From IMG/VR virus record IMGVR_UViG_3300007513_001104: a stretch of DNA of 64,000 nt; one strand, 5' to 3'. The position numbers and the translations under genes are program-made. This stretch comes from a virus. The notes beneath the pieces are model-generated. The model was not told where the DNA came from and did not search any database. It worked only from the letters and a program-made list of their open reading frames with translations. Shown piece by piece: positions 18,797 to 28,746 of this stretch; position 1 is the first letter of the stretch; the number at the start of each line of letters is the position of its first letter.

Positions 18797-19291
18797 TTAA
18801 GGGTTATAAAGCCCTCCGTATGGTAAGCTCCAATTAGGGCATACTGGATACACTATTTTTCCGGTTGGGCCTCCTGGATATGCTGGAGGTATTGATTTTA
18901 TTCCTGATCTTGCACAAGGCGGTTCTTTCTTTTTCTTATTTTTTTTAGAAGTGATTGGTGTTAAAACTAAGGTTCCGTCTGGTGTTATGTATGCCACTTC
19001 ATATTGTGATATGTCTAACGTTAGGCCAGATCCTCCATCTTTTTTGTCAATATTCATTCCTAAAGCAATGCCTCCTACAATACCTATTATTACATCAGAG
19101 GTATCTGCTGCTCTTGCTGACTGTGAAAATAGTATTAAGCCTGCAACAAGCAATACTATTATTGTCCATTTAAATCTTTTCATGTTTTTCTCCTGTGGTG
19201 GTATGGGAAATTCTAAATCATATTGCGCTGCATCATTTAAAAATTCTGTTGTATCGTCTTCTTGAAAGTGTCTTTTATACTCTTCTTCCAC
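18797..19291 (-). CDS. hypothetical secreted/membrane protein
   Basis: Signal-peptide-like MKRFKWTIIVLLVAGLILFSQSARA followed by a GIVGGIALG glycine-zipper-like segment. Confidence 0.6.
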   Translation of the reverse strand: MEEEYKRHFQEDDTTEFLNDAAQYDLEFPIPPQEKNMKRFKWTIIVLLVAGLILFSQSARAADTSDVIIGIVGGIALGMNIDKKDGGSGLTLDISQYEVAYITPDGTLVLTPITSKKNKKKKEPPCARSGIKSIPPAYPGGPTGKIVYPVCPNWSLPYGGLYNP

Positions 19292-19880
19292 GCTTTTTAC
19301 CTACTAAATGTTTTGATTTCTTTTTAACCTTACTATTTCTCTTTTCTAATCTTTTCTTAACTTCTGATGGGTCCATCCAAAAGTCTTTGCCTTCTATCAT
19401 CTCATTTATTTCTTTAGGCTCTAAAAATCCTTTATAAACCTCAGTAAATAAATGTCTTGCCCACTTATCGTCTGCAATAACTGATGCTAATTGTTCATTT
19501 CCTTTACCCCAATTACCTGAACTGTAAGTATGGAACATGAAGTGACTATGATCTGAGACTTCACATACATCTGCACATAAAAATATTAACGTTGCTGCTG
19601 ACATACACATACCTTCTACTGATGCTATAACAGTTGCTGGACTTTCAGCCATTGTTCTCATCAATTGAATTGCTGTAAATATATCTCCGCCACTAGAATT
19701 TATGTGTAATATTACTGCATCATTTTCAGTTGCATTTCTCATCAACTGATTCCAGACCGTATAGTCTTTTGCTTCTTTTATATCACCTGAGATATAAAAG
19801 TCTAAGATACGAGCAACGGGCTTTTCAAAAGCATCATTCGCAATCTGTGGTGGTTGTTGTATTGGTTTAGATTCGCTCAT
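19275..19880 (-). CDS. ClpP-like serine protease
   Basis: HINSSGG, CMSAAT (catalytic Ser), FMFH (His). Confidence 0.85.
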   Translation of the reverse strand: MSESKPIQQPPQIANDAFEKPVARILDFYISGDIKEAKDYTVWNQLMRNATENDAVILHINSSGGDIFTAIQLMRTMAESPATVIASVEGMCMSAATLIFLCADVCEVSDHSHFMFHTYSSGNWGKGNEQLASVIADDKWARHLFTEVYKGFLEPKEINEMIEGKDFWMDPSEVKKRLEKRNSKVKKKSKHLVGKKRGRRV

Positions 19881-20220
19881 AATATCTTGTAACTACCTTT
19901 ATCTTTTCAATTTGTTTGTCAATGATTGCCGTTCTATTAGGCCAATGTATATATTCCTTTTCAGGATTCTTTTGCAAATTGTAAAGTAGAGGGAGTACAA
20001 GATCTTCTACATCACGAAGTTTGGTTGATACATCATTTTCAATTAACGTTCTATGTTCGTTTACCATTCCAGAGTTATCTGCATTTAAAATTTTAGCTTC
20101 TAGTTCTGCCAATTTATCCATTATCTTATCTTCGTCGATGGAGGGAGCGCTTGGCTGAGCAGGTGCCTCGGAAGGTACCTCATCTACAGCCGTAAAACCG
20201 AAATCAAAATCGTTTGCCAT
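19867..20220 (-). CDS. conserved T4-like phage hypothetical protein
   Basis: DFDFGFTAVDE N-terminus and NPEKEYIHWPNR motif; late promoter and SD upstream. Confidence 0.75.
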   Translation of the reverse strand: MANDFDFGFTAVDEVPSEAPAQPSAPSIDEDKIMDKLAELEAKILNADNSGMVNEHRTLIENDVSTKLRDVEDLVLPLLYNLQKNPEKEYIHWPNRTAIIDKQIEKIKVVTRYYERI

Positions 20221-20237
20221 ATTTCTCTCCTTTCTAT

Positions 20238-20245
20238 TATTTATA
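20238..20245 (-). promoter_or_regulatory. late promoter (TATAAATA)
   Basis: Exact consensus in a short intergenic gap. Confidence 0.75.
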
Positions 20246-20255
20246 TTAGATAAAA

Positions 20256-21002
20256 CTAACGACTCTGCCTTTGGTGTTTCTTAACTTTCTTCTGCAGCGC
20301 TTTCAATGCACGCTCCAATTTAACTCTTGAAACTCTCATAGTAAAGTTTTGACCTAACATGTGATCGTACTCATGTAATATTACACGAGCAGACACTCCT
20401 TGATATTCTTCTACTATCTCTTCTCCTTCTTCATCGAAGTATTGTATAGCACATTTGGTTGGTCTTTTAACCATTAAATATAGTCCAGGAAAAGATAAAC
20501 AACCTTCTCTAATTGATTCTTGTTCTTCTCCTACTCCTATTATTTTAGGATTAATAAAAATCTTTTCAAAGTTAGAGGCCTTATCTCCCATTACAAAAAC
20601 AGCAGCATTTATGCCTACTTGATTAGCTGATAATCCCACTCCGCCATCACGATACATAACCTCTAACAGTCTTTCTTTTAACTCTGTGGCATTAAACCCG
20701 CCATGCTGGTCCATATCTTCGAAACGAAAAGGTGCTGGAACCCTTTGCAAAAAGGGATCATTAAATTTTAATAAGTGTAAGTCCTTTGCTTCTCTGATCT
20801 CAGGAGACTTATATCTTTCTATGCCATTGCCATCTAAAAGATCTGTCTCAATACCTTTGGCCAGTTCCAAGTCATCAGATTCATCTTGTAAGTCTCTAAC
20901 AATAGGCTCTAATTCATCCTGCATCTGTTCCGATACAGACATAGGTTCCATCTCATTTGGCTTTGTCTTCGTCCGCGAGGGCGTTGATTGCTTCTTGTTC
21001 AT
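20256..21002 (-). CDS. def: peptide deformylase
   Basis: GVGLSANQ, EGCLS and HEYDH motifs; likely start is internal (near 20952). Confidence 0.95.
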   Translation of the reverse strand: MNKKQSTPSRTKTKPNEMEPMSVSEQMQDELEPIVRDLQDESDDLELAKGIETDLLDGNGIERYKSPEIREAKDLHLLKFNDPFLQRVPAPFRFEDMDQHGGFNATELKERLLEVMYRDGGVGLSANQVGINAAVFVMGDKASNFEKIFINPKIIGVGEEQESIREGCLSFPGLYLMVKRPTKCAIQYFDEEGEEIVEEYQGVSARVILHEYDHMLGQNFTMRVSRVKLERALKALQKKVKKHQRQSR

Positions 21003-21345
21003 ATCTTAATAATAACTCCTCTCCTGCTTTAATTGTTTCCTTAGTAAAGAAATGTGTCCTAGGTCCTTCAACCTCTGCGATTACGTTTGGTGTTTCACTA
21101 TGATTTACAAAGCCTCCTAGTGGAGTTCGTTGCCAATACTTAGTGCCCCAAACTTTGCCATCCCAATCGTGCATTACAAACACATGAGACAAACCTAAGT
21201 CTGTGCCTTTGGGTATGTCTTCTTTCGCAAACAAACCCTGTCCATGAACATCACTATCTCCTATTCGTAAACTTGATAGCAAAGGTAAGTAAGAGTTCTC
21301 ATCAAACGTTACTTTCTTTGCTTCATCTGTTACCATTTCACCCAT
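20953..21345 (-). CDS. SET-domain protein (putative lysine methyltransferase)
   Basis: HGQGLFA..DIPKG, FVNHS, IKAGEELLLRY. Confidence 0.88.
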   Translation of the reverse strand: MGEMVTDEAKKVTFDENSYLPLLSSLRIGDSDVHGQGLFAKEDIPKGTDLGLSHVFVMHDWDGKVWGTKYWQRTPLGGFVNHSETPNVIAEVEGPRTHFFTKETIKAGEELLLRYEQEAINALADEDKAK

Positions 21346-21575
21346 TATCCTGCTCCTTGTTGTACTAGATTTTTGAGTTCGTTAAACCCACCTATGGGTT
21401 TATCGTTTATGAATACCTGAGGAAATGTTTTTGCCTCTGGTACTAATTCAAATAATTCTTCTGCTGTATAGTCTGCATCTAATAACTTGTATTCGTATTC
21501 TAAATTTAATCGTTCACATAAAGCCTTTGCACTTGTGCAAAAACCACATCTTGGTTTTCCATATATTACTATCAT
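21345..21575 (-). CDS. glutaredoxin
   Basis: CGFC active site, TFPQVF, IGGF. Confidence 0.93.
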   Translation of the reverse strand: MIVIYGKPRCGFCTSAKALCERLNLEYEYKLLDADYTAEELFELVPEAKTFPQVFINDKPIGGFNELKNLVQQGAG

Positions 21576-23242
21576 ACTATTATACTATAATTTTGTTTCT
21601 TCTCGAACTTAACTACTGATCTAAACTTATCAAATAGTTGGTCTCCTTTGTGAGATATTACGAATACATTCGTGTCGTTGCCAATAGTTTCTAATAATTG
21701 CATAACATATTGGGTTCCGTCTGTGTCTAACGAACTATCAAACACCTCATCTAATAATAAGATATTTGTACTAGCGCTATTCTTCATCTTGGCTATTGTT
21801 CTCCAAGTAAATACTAACGCTAAGTCTATTCTTTGTTTCTCTCCTTCACTAAACGATGCGTAACTAAATTTATCTCTGAACCTGGACTTAATTGTTTCTT
21901 TAAACGTCTCATCTAAATCAAACTGTACAAAGAAGTCCATCGCTGCTAAGTATTTATTAACCAATTTGTTAATTATTGGCAAATAGGCTTTAATAATCTT
22001 AGTTTTAATACCAGAATCTTTTAATAAAGATTGAGCTACATCATAATAGTGGCTGTCTTCTGTTAATTTTATTTTGTTTTGTTGTTTGCCTAAAGCATCT
22101 TTAGCTAATTTTTTTAATTTTGTTCTCTCTTTTGTTATATCGCCTACTTTATCTTGTGTGTCAGCAAGTTCTAGCTGTAGTCGTTGTAAGATTTTCTGTT
22201 GTGTAATACTTTCATTATTGTGATCCATTATTTTTTGATCTAACTCAAGTACCTTTTCAACAAGTGTTTCTACTTCAACATACTTTTCTTCTAATTCATC
22301 TAAAGCTGTTTGTAATTCATCAATCTTTTCTTTATCTCTGGCAGTCATCACTTCCTTGTGATCATGCGCTATCCCTTGCTGACACGTGGGGCATTCGTCA
22401 TTGTCATGAAAGAAGTCTAAGTCTTTTCTGTGGGTGTTGATTTGGTGTGTGAATTTTCTTTTAAATTCTTCGAGTCTTCTTTTCTTCTCATGGACATCAC
22501 CCATTGCCGTCTTCTCGCCTGTTGTCGCCTTCGCAAATTCCCTAGCCGTCTCGATCGCATCTTCTGCCTCCTTAATTGCTGTTGCTATTGTTTCTACTTT
22601 AGACTTTTTATCATCTTCTAATGTCTTTATATATGATTCTTGTAACTCCGCCTTTTGCTTAGCCACTTCTATATCACCTTCCAATAATCTAATCTGGTTT
22701 TCTAAAAGTGTTATTTTATCTTTAAGAACTTTATTCATAGAAGTGAATATAGTAATGTCTAATATATCTTCTATAATCTCTCGCCTAGCTCCTAAATGTA
22801 ACTGCATAAACGGTGTAAAAGACGCACTACCTAACATCACAATCTGTGTGAATGATTTGTAATTAAGTTTTAATATGTTCTCCTCTAAATACTTTTGGAA
22901 ATCTCTTATGTTGGCATCTTTATCTAACTTAATACCATTAACTTCTATCTCAAATATCTTAGGCAATTCCCCACGTCGTATTAAATAGTTTCTTTTGCCA
23001 ATAGAAAAATTAATTTCAACCATTAATTGTTTTCTATTGATTGAATTAACCAACTGTGGTTTAGATACATTTCTAAATGGCTTATTGAATAGGGCAAAGG
23101 TTAGTGCATCTAACATTGTAGACTTACCACTACCATTCTCTCCAACGATTAATGTGCTAGGTGATTTGTCAAACTGTATTTCTGTCCATGCGTTTCCTGT
23201 AGACAGAAAATTTTTCCACCTTATGTTTTTAAAATGAATCAT
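21572..23242 (-). CDS. gp46: recombination endonuclease ATPase subunit (gp46, SbcC/Rad50-like)
   Basis: GENGSGKS, CPTC zinc hook, FSEGEK, LLDEVFD. Confidence 0.97.
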   Translation of the reverse strand: MIHFKNIRWKNFLSTGNAWTEIQFDKSPSTLIVGENGSGKSTMLDALTFALFNKPFRNVSKPQLVNSINRKQLMVEINFSIGKRNYLIRRGELPKIFEIEVNGIKLDKDANIRDFQKYLEENILKLNYKSFTQIVMLGSASFTPFMQLHLGARREIIEDILDITIFTSMNKVLKDKITLLENQIRLLEGDIEVAKQKAELQESYIKTLEDDKKSKVETIATAIKEAEDAIETAREFAKATTGEKTAMGDVHEKKRRLEEFKRKFTHQINTHRKDLDFFHDNDECPTCQQGIAHDHKEVMTARDKEKIDELQTALDELEEKYVEVETLVEKVLELDQKIMDHNNESITQQKILQRLQLELADTQDKVGDITKERTKLKKLAKDALGKQQNKIKLTEDSHYYDVAQSLLKDSGIKTKIIKAYLPIINKLVNKYLAAMDFFVQFDLDETFKETIKSRFRDKFSYASFSEGEKQRIDLALVFTWRTIAKMKNSASTNILLLDEVFDSSLDTDGTQYVMQLLETIGNDTNVFVISHKGDQLFDKFRSVVKFEKKQNYSIIV

Positions 23243-24300
23243 GTAGTATCTTGAGCTTCAATATAGAGGCTTTGTAATAAATTTTTAATCCTTTGTTTAC
23301 TTAAATCGGTTTCTACAGCGTCAACATATTCTTTTAATAATGTCATGGTGTCTTCTAGATTTACATCCTCACCTATAGCTTCGTCCTCAAACTCTGAAAA
23401 GTCTTCTATAATTTTTAGGCTTATCAAACCACATTGATATAATTTGTCTACGAAATGATCAAACCGTTTGAAGTCTGTCTTCTTACTTACAATAAGCTTT
23501 ACACAACCACCAGCAATAGAATTGAAGTCAAAATTACTGATGTCATTAACACCTTCAAAATGGGAGTCGTCGTAATAGATTTTATAGAAAAGTCTAAATG
23601 GGTTATCGTGGTACGCCAAAGCTCTTTTACTCGTGTCGTAAATAGCGAAACCTCTGGGGTCGTTGTAGTCAGACCAAGTGATTTCATAAGGGTTTCCCAT
23701 ATAAGTAACGTTGCCTCTACTATGGCGATGATGAAAGTGCCCACTAACAACAAGGTCAAATTCACTAAAAATATCAGCGTCCATACCGTGAAGGTTAGGC
23801 ATTCCAGGAACCATGAGGTAGCCTGTGAGTTCCAAATGTGAGAAGCATGTCGTTGCGTCTGTTGTTTTAATTGTTTCCAATGTGTGTTCATAATTTTCTG
23901 TGCATATCCATGGCAAAAACAATACCTTCTCCCTATCAAGTTGTACTTCTGTGGGTTCTTCGTATATTGTTATGTTATTATATTCCCCTAACAATAAGCT
24001 AGGAGAATTTACTTCATTTGTATTTTTAAAATAAGTATCATGATTGCCTGGTATCATATGTATTTCAATACCTGCATCACGCGCTTTATCGAAAAAATAC
24101 TTCTTACAAGACTGAAGTATATTATAATTAATATACTTTCGTCTATCAAATACGTCACCTAAATGACATATAGTTTTAATTCCTTCTTTTTCTAAGTGTG
24201 GAAAGAAAAATTCATCATAAAATTTAGCAAAGTATTGATCAAATGCTAAATTGTCTGACCTGGCACCAAAGTGGGTGTCTGTAACTAGAGCTACTCTCAT
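23239..24300 (-). CDS. gp47: recombination endonuclease nuclease subunit (gp47, SbcD/Mre11-like)
   Basis: TDTHFG, LGDVFD, PGNHD, SGHFH. Confidence 0.96.
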   Translation of the reverse strand: MRVALVTDTHFGARSDNLAFDQYFAKFYDEFFFPHLEKEGIKTICHLGDVFDRRKYINYNILQSCKKYFFDKARDAGIEIHMIPGNHDTYFKNTNEVNSPSLLLGEYNNITIYEEPTEVQLDREKVLFLPWICTENYEHTLETIKTTDATTCFSHLELTGYLMVPGMPNLHGMDADIFSEFDLVVSGHFHHRHSRGNVTYMGNPYEITWSDYNDPRGFAIYDTSKRALAYHDNPFRLFYKIYYDDSHFEGVNDISNFDFNSIAGGCVKLIVSKKTDFKRFDHFVDKLYQCGLISLKIIEDFSEFEDEAIGEDVNLEDTMTLLKEYVDAVETDLSKQRIKNLLQSLYIEAQDTT

Positions 24301-24302
24301 AA

Positions 24303-24770
24303 TTAGCCTTCGTAAATCGCTGAATTTGCTCCATGTTCCCTACACTCACAAGAGACACAATAACATCTGCCTCCTGATATTTCTTTTACCAAATCATTAG
24401 CAAAGTGGAATGCTTGTTCTGCAAACTTTTCACAGCCTACACCATTCATCACTACCACCTCTGCTAAACCTAATTCTTGTAAGTCTAAAATCTTATCTAG
24501 TTGTGGATCTTTTTTATCCACTGCAACCTTGTGATCAAAGTTATCTTTTAACCACTGTTTTAGATCTTTAAGTCCACCAAAATCTATCACCCAATTTTTA
24601 TTATCTAATTGTTCACAACCAAATTTAAAACTAAAAGACAATGCGTAACCATGTAATAATTGACAATGACTATGCGTTGCTTTTGGTTGACGAAAAACTG
24701 CTGACAGACCTTGTTCGTGTCCATAAGTTTTAGTTGAAAAGTATTTGTAATCTATGTATGGGTCTATCAT
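24303..24770 (-). CDS. queD: 6-carboxy-5,6,7,8-tetrahydropterin synthase QueD
   Basis: HSHCQLLHGY, WVIDFG.LK, FDH, GCEKFA, EH..NSA.Y. Confidence 0.9.
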   Translation of the reverse strand: MIDPYIDYKYFSTKTYGHEQGLSAVFRQPKATHSHCQLLHGYALSFSFKFGCEQLDNKNWVIDFGGLKDLKQWLKDNFDHKVAVDKKDPQLDKILDLQELGLAEVVVMNGVGCEKFAEQAFHFANDLVKEISGGRCYCVSCECREHGANSAIYEG

Positions 24771-25870
24771 ACTAACTCCTTATATAAATTTGTAGCTGAA
24801 AAATATTGTTCTGCTAATTTTCTTTTATTAGACTCTAATGCATCTTGAATTTCATTACTATTATGATTCTCCATTAAATATCTAATCCTGTTTTTTAAAT
24901 TCTCTTTATTGGCTTGATACTGTTCCCAATTCTCTGTCCACTCTGAAGGATATTTAAAAGTGTCATCATACATTTCCATATATGAAAGCCTATTTGGAAC
25001 AAAGGGTACACCACCTGCTATCATAATTTCATAACAGGATATGCCTAATGTTTCTTGCAAGTTAGCACTGAATACCATCTTTGCCTTTCCTAATAACTCA
25101 TGATAGTCTACTTTCTTTAAGTCATAGTCTGCACAATTTTCAAATTCATATTCAGGAAGTTCATATGCTAAGTCTTTAAAAATTTCTAATTGCTTTTCAG
25201 GTGCATTTCTATGTGGAAACAATATTAAATTCTGTTTTTCAAAAATAGATATAATATCATCTCCAATAACTCCATCTAAATATTCCATTGGCCAGCCAGT
25301 TCTAACAATTTTATTCTGTAAATACTCTTGTTGTTCAGAACCAGGTGCCATAACAGTAGCAAACATACCTATATGAAACTGACTAGCAAAATAATTCTTA
25401 TCATACGCATCAAACATTGCTAACTCTGCATACCTTACCCAGGGTTTGGGTCCTATTTGTCTACCTAAAAAATCATTTGCATCATAACTTCCTGCATGCC
25501 ATAGTCCATGTGTAGTAATCTTAACATTTAATAGCTCGGCCATATACTTTAAGTTTAAAATACCTGGATGCCAGGCATCAGCAAATACAAAATGATCTCC
25601 GTCTTTTACTTTACCTTCTGCAAAGAACTGTGCCATCCATTGTGTTTGTACTGACTTGTAGATATTGGTAGTAGCAAAATCTAAAAATGATCCTGAGGAA
25701 ACATCAGACTCTATAACAGGTCCTTCTATAACTGTAATGTCTTGTCCTGTTTGGTCTGCTAATGACTGTGGAAACTCTGTTTTCCATTGTGATGTATATC
25801 GTGTCTCGACATACTCAAGATCAATTAAATAAATCATTCTGTACGATTGCCCCATTTTCATTATCCTCAT
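24767..25870 (-). CDS. GT-B fold glycosyltransferase
   Basis: FPHRNAPEKQ and QETLGIS..E (EX7E-like) GT4-type motifs; true start probably near 25837 (MIYLIDLE). Confidence 0.75.
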   Translation of the reverse strand: MRIMKMGQSYRMIYLIDLEYVETRYTSQWKTEFPQSLADQTGQDITVIEGPVIESDVSSGSFLDFATTNIYKSVQTQWMAQFFAEGKVKDGDHFVFADAWHPGILNLKYMAELLNVKITTHGLWHAGSYDANDFLGRQIGPKPWVRYAELAMFDAYDKNYFASQFHIGMFATVMAPGSEQQEYLQNKIVRTGWPMEYLDGVIGDDIISIFEKQNLILFPHRNAPEKQLEIFKDLAYELPEYEFENCADYDLKKVDYHELLGKAKMVFSANLQETLGISCYEIMIAGGVPFVPNRLSYMEMYDDTFKYPSEWTENWEQYQANKENLKNRIRYLMENHNSNEIQDALESNKRKLAEQYFSATNLYKELV

Positions 25871-26174
25871 ACACTTCTACTTGAGTAGCTCTATCAGGAT
25901 AATATTCTTCTATATAATTTATAAGACTTTCTGCCATCATCTCACATGACTGGTAGTCTAGTTGTAATGTTCCAATATCATATTGCTTTTCTAATTCTCT
26001 TTTAAATAAAATGAATTCTACTTCTCTGTTGTCGTGCATGACTTCTAACGTAACATAGAAGTAAAAGATATGTCTGTGTGGATGTTGTAAAAACTCTACA
26101 CCCGGTACATCTTTTGCATCAGGCCAACAATGTATTCCTTCTTTCTGAAAACTAACTTTAATAAACTTCTTCAT
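25821..26174 (-). CDS. QueD-like T-fold protein, DpdL-like (putative CDG decarboxylase)
   Basis: EGIH, LQHPHRHIF (LxxxHRHxF), SCEM and EDNENGA motifs; lies between the TGT-like gene and queD. Confidence 0.7.
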   Translation of the reverse strand: MKKFIKVSFQKEGIHCWPDAKDVPGVEFLQHPHRHIFYFYVTLEVMHDNREVEFILFKRELEKQYDIGTLQLDYQSCEMMAESLINYIEEYYPDRATQVEVYEDNENGAIVQNDLFN

Positions 26175-27439
26175 TCAAACATATCCTCCAAACTAACTGG
26201 CATTTCTTTAGCTACTGCCATTGACTTCATCGCTCCACCTAAATATTGATTCGTTTCCCAAGCCATATAATCACTTTTACTTTTTACATTATAGAGATTC
26301 CTGAACTGTCCGTCAAGTTTCATCTTACCAGTAAACTTTAAAAGGTCCTCCTTGTTCAACATCATTTGTTCTAAGTGTTGCATGAAGTTTCTAATTGACA
26401 TTAATATAAAAGCTGTTCTAACATAAAGCCACTTGTTCAAATTGCCGTATTTATCTTTAGCTTTTAAGCTAGGAGTATTTAATAACGTATGAAATTCGTC
26501 TAATTCTACGCCTAAATTGATCGTTTCCATGCAGTTTTGATACATTTCGCGATATAAATTAGACATCTGCCTACTAAACTTAGTTGTACCCTCACCTTGA
26601 TAGAAAAGACCTGTCTCAACCGCCCTGCTGTGTGTAGTAGAGTCATAAGATATTTCTACATTATCATATAAACCATTTTGTACAAAGACCAAGTAAGGAA
26701 TAATACGTCTTATAGAACCTACTCCCAATATATGTAAGTGCATCTTATCTCGTGGCCACATCTTTGCTATTTCTGATGCAATAAATGATCTTTTAACATC
26801 TTCTAAAGGACCTGTTCCAAGAGCAGCTGCTCCCATTGCTACGCCACCGATCCTAGTGTGCCATTCACTTGGTATCTCATTCATTAAAGCTTCATACCAT
26901 CTTAAATAGGTCTCTACATCGTTACCTTGTAAGATAATATATGGCTCACAGCTACTCTCTTCTTCATCAAATATTTCTAGTTGTCTTTTAACATTTTGGC
27001 CAGTTTTTTTAGCATAGTCTAAATAGTTTTCGTGATCAAAGATTCTGCCTTTAACATCGTTTCTTTCTGAACGGTCTCCTGTTAGTATTACAGGTATTTC
27101 ATCAAAGCACATACCTACATTGGCTCCTTTAGCCTGATTCCTATATACTTTTTCTTTAAGTTCGTCTGTAATGTTCAATCCAAGTGTAACCATTTGAAGT
27201 CCACCTGAATCAGCATGGATACTATGTACTGCATCGTGATATGGTTTAAATCTCTCACCAAAAGAATGTTCTGTATGTGCATTATAAAGTAATGAAAACT
27301 TATGACTGAATTGATCTTGTACTAATTTGTTTATTAGCATTGAAACAATACCAGTATTCGTATCATCAAGAGCAATATTAGGATTACTCAAACGCATGTA
27401 AGAGGTTCCTGATACTACATAATCTAAAGTATGTTTCAT
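26171..27439 (-). CDS. TGT-fold guanine transglycosylase (DpdA-like)
   Basis: ADSGG, FDEIP, GVAMG, HLHILGVG and YDSTT match TGT catalytic Asp motifs; no Zn-binding tail; likely start MKHTLDY at 27439 (track ORF 27496). Confidence 0.8.
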   Translation of the reverse strand: MKHTLDYVVSGTSYMRLSNPNIALDDTNTGIVSMLINKLVQDQFSHKFSLLYNAHTEHSFGERFKPYHDAVHSIHADSGGLQMVTLGLNITDELKEKVYRNQAKGANVGMCFDEIPVILTGDRSERNDVKGRIFDHENYLDYAKKTGQNVKRQLEIFDEEESSCEPYIILQGNDVETYLRWYEALMNEIPSEWHTRIGGVAMGAAALGTGPLEDVKRSFIASEIAKMWPRDKMHLHILGVGSIRRIIPYLVFVQNGLYDNVEISYDSTTHSRAVETGLFYQGEGTTKFSRQMSNLYREMYQNCMETINLGVELDEFHTLLNTPSLKAKDKYGNLNKWLYVRTAFILMSIRNFMQHLEQMMLNKEDLLKFTGKMKLDGQFRNLYNVKSKSDYMAWETNQYLGGAMKSMAVAKEMPVSLEDMFE

Positions 27440-27548
27440 GTTATCTGTGTATATAATGCGTACACCAAGAGCATTAGAATAATTGTCAAAGCCCAAAAGA
27501 TATATTGTATTGGGAATGAAGTGTATAGTATTTTGTTTATTAATTTTC

Positions 27549-28076
27549 TCATGTTTTTAATATCTCAATAAGTGTTTCTGCCTCAGCTTTAGCATCATCT
27601 AAAGCATTATGGTTATTTGATTTGGGTAAACGTTTATCTAAAACATTCATTAAAGTTCTTAAACAATAAATATCCCAAAACTTCCAAGGGTATTTGTCCC
27701 TGGCATCTCTGTTAGCATTCCAACCAGATAGTGTCATAGCGTTTTCCATTATAACAACATCAAAGTTGGCCCCTAGTCCCCAAATATTTCCTTCTTTAAA
27801 AAATGTAACGAATTTATCTATAGCTTCATCTAAAGGTAAAGGGTCTACTGTTAGTGCCTGTCTTGCTTGCATGTCTTGTTCTGCCCACCACTCTACTGTT
27901 AGTGGATCTATATGTAGGCCTGCTTCTTTACATGTCTTTGCATCTACATTCACATAAAACTCATCTACTATTTCTAAATTCTCAATAGCTACTGCACCAA
28001 TTGATACAATAGCTGCATTGGATCTAGTAGAAAGTGTTTCTAAATCTAATACTACTTGTCTGCTATAAATGTCCAC
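27549..28076 (-). CDS. DEDDh 3'-5' exonuclease (DUF5051-like)
   Basis: LDLETL, GANFD, HNALDDA. Confidence 0.85.
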   Translation of the reverse strand: MDIYSRQVVLDLETLSTRSNAAIVSIGAVAIENLEIVDEFYVNVDAKTCKEAGLHIDPLTVEWWAEQDMQARQALTVDPLPLDEAIDKFVTFFKEGNIWGLGANFDVVIMENAMTLSGWNANRDARDKYPWKFWDIYCLRTLMNVLDKRLPKSNNHNALDDAKAEAETLIEILKT

Positions 28077-28746
28077 CGTTCATCTCCTGCAACTTAATGT
28101 TGTCCATGAACTCCTCTTTTAATGAAGGATTCGTTTTTAATTCACCTTTTAAAACTGTTGTCTGTGTGCTACTATTACTAGCTTTGATGCCTCTATTTTC
28201 ACAACACCCATGTCTTGCCTTAATATAAACACCTACCGCCTTAGACTTTGTAAGTTTCTCAATTCTGTATGCTATCATTTCACATAATTCTTCTTGTAAG
28301 TGACCTCGTGATGCTAAATGCTGTGCCACTCTAGTATATTTAGACAGTCCAATTACTTCTTCTCCTGGCATACACGCCACATAACATACACCACTGACAG
28401 GTTGATGATGGTGTGAACACATACTCTTAATATCCATTCTAACTACAATCAATTGATCATACTTTCCATCATTAGGAAATGCTGTTATCCTAGGATCGTT
28501 ATCATATCTACCACCCATGATTTCTAATATATACATTTTTGCTAAACGTCTAGCTGTGTCTATACTATTAGGATCATTTTGCCTATCAATAATTAATGTA
28601 TCTAAAACACCTTCAAACTTTTCAGTCAGTTCATCTATTAAGTCTGACTTTTCAGTTGGACTAAGGTATTTTGATATGTTATCAGCTGCGTAATAGCGTT
28701 TACCGTCTACTTCCAGCCTCTGCCTTATTTTTTCACTTGTACTCAT
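28063..28746 (-). CDS. folE: GTP cyclohydrolase I FolE
   Basis: TARRLAKMY, SMCSHH, IGLSK, QEEL, HGCCENRG; start probably 28746. Confidence 0.95.
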   Translation of the reverse strand: MSTSEKIRQRLEVDGKRYYAADNISKYLSPTEKSDLIDELTEKFEGVLDTLIIDRQNDPNSIDTARRLAKMYILEIMGGRYDNDPRITAFPNDGKYDQLIVVRMDIKSMCSHHHQPVSGVCYVACMPGEEVIGLSKYTRVAQHLASRGHLQEELCEMIAYRIEKLTKSKAVGVYIKARHGCCENRGIKASNSSTQTTVLKGELKTNPSLKEEFMDNIKLQEMNGGHL

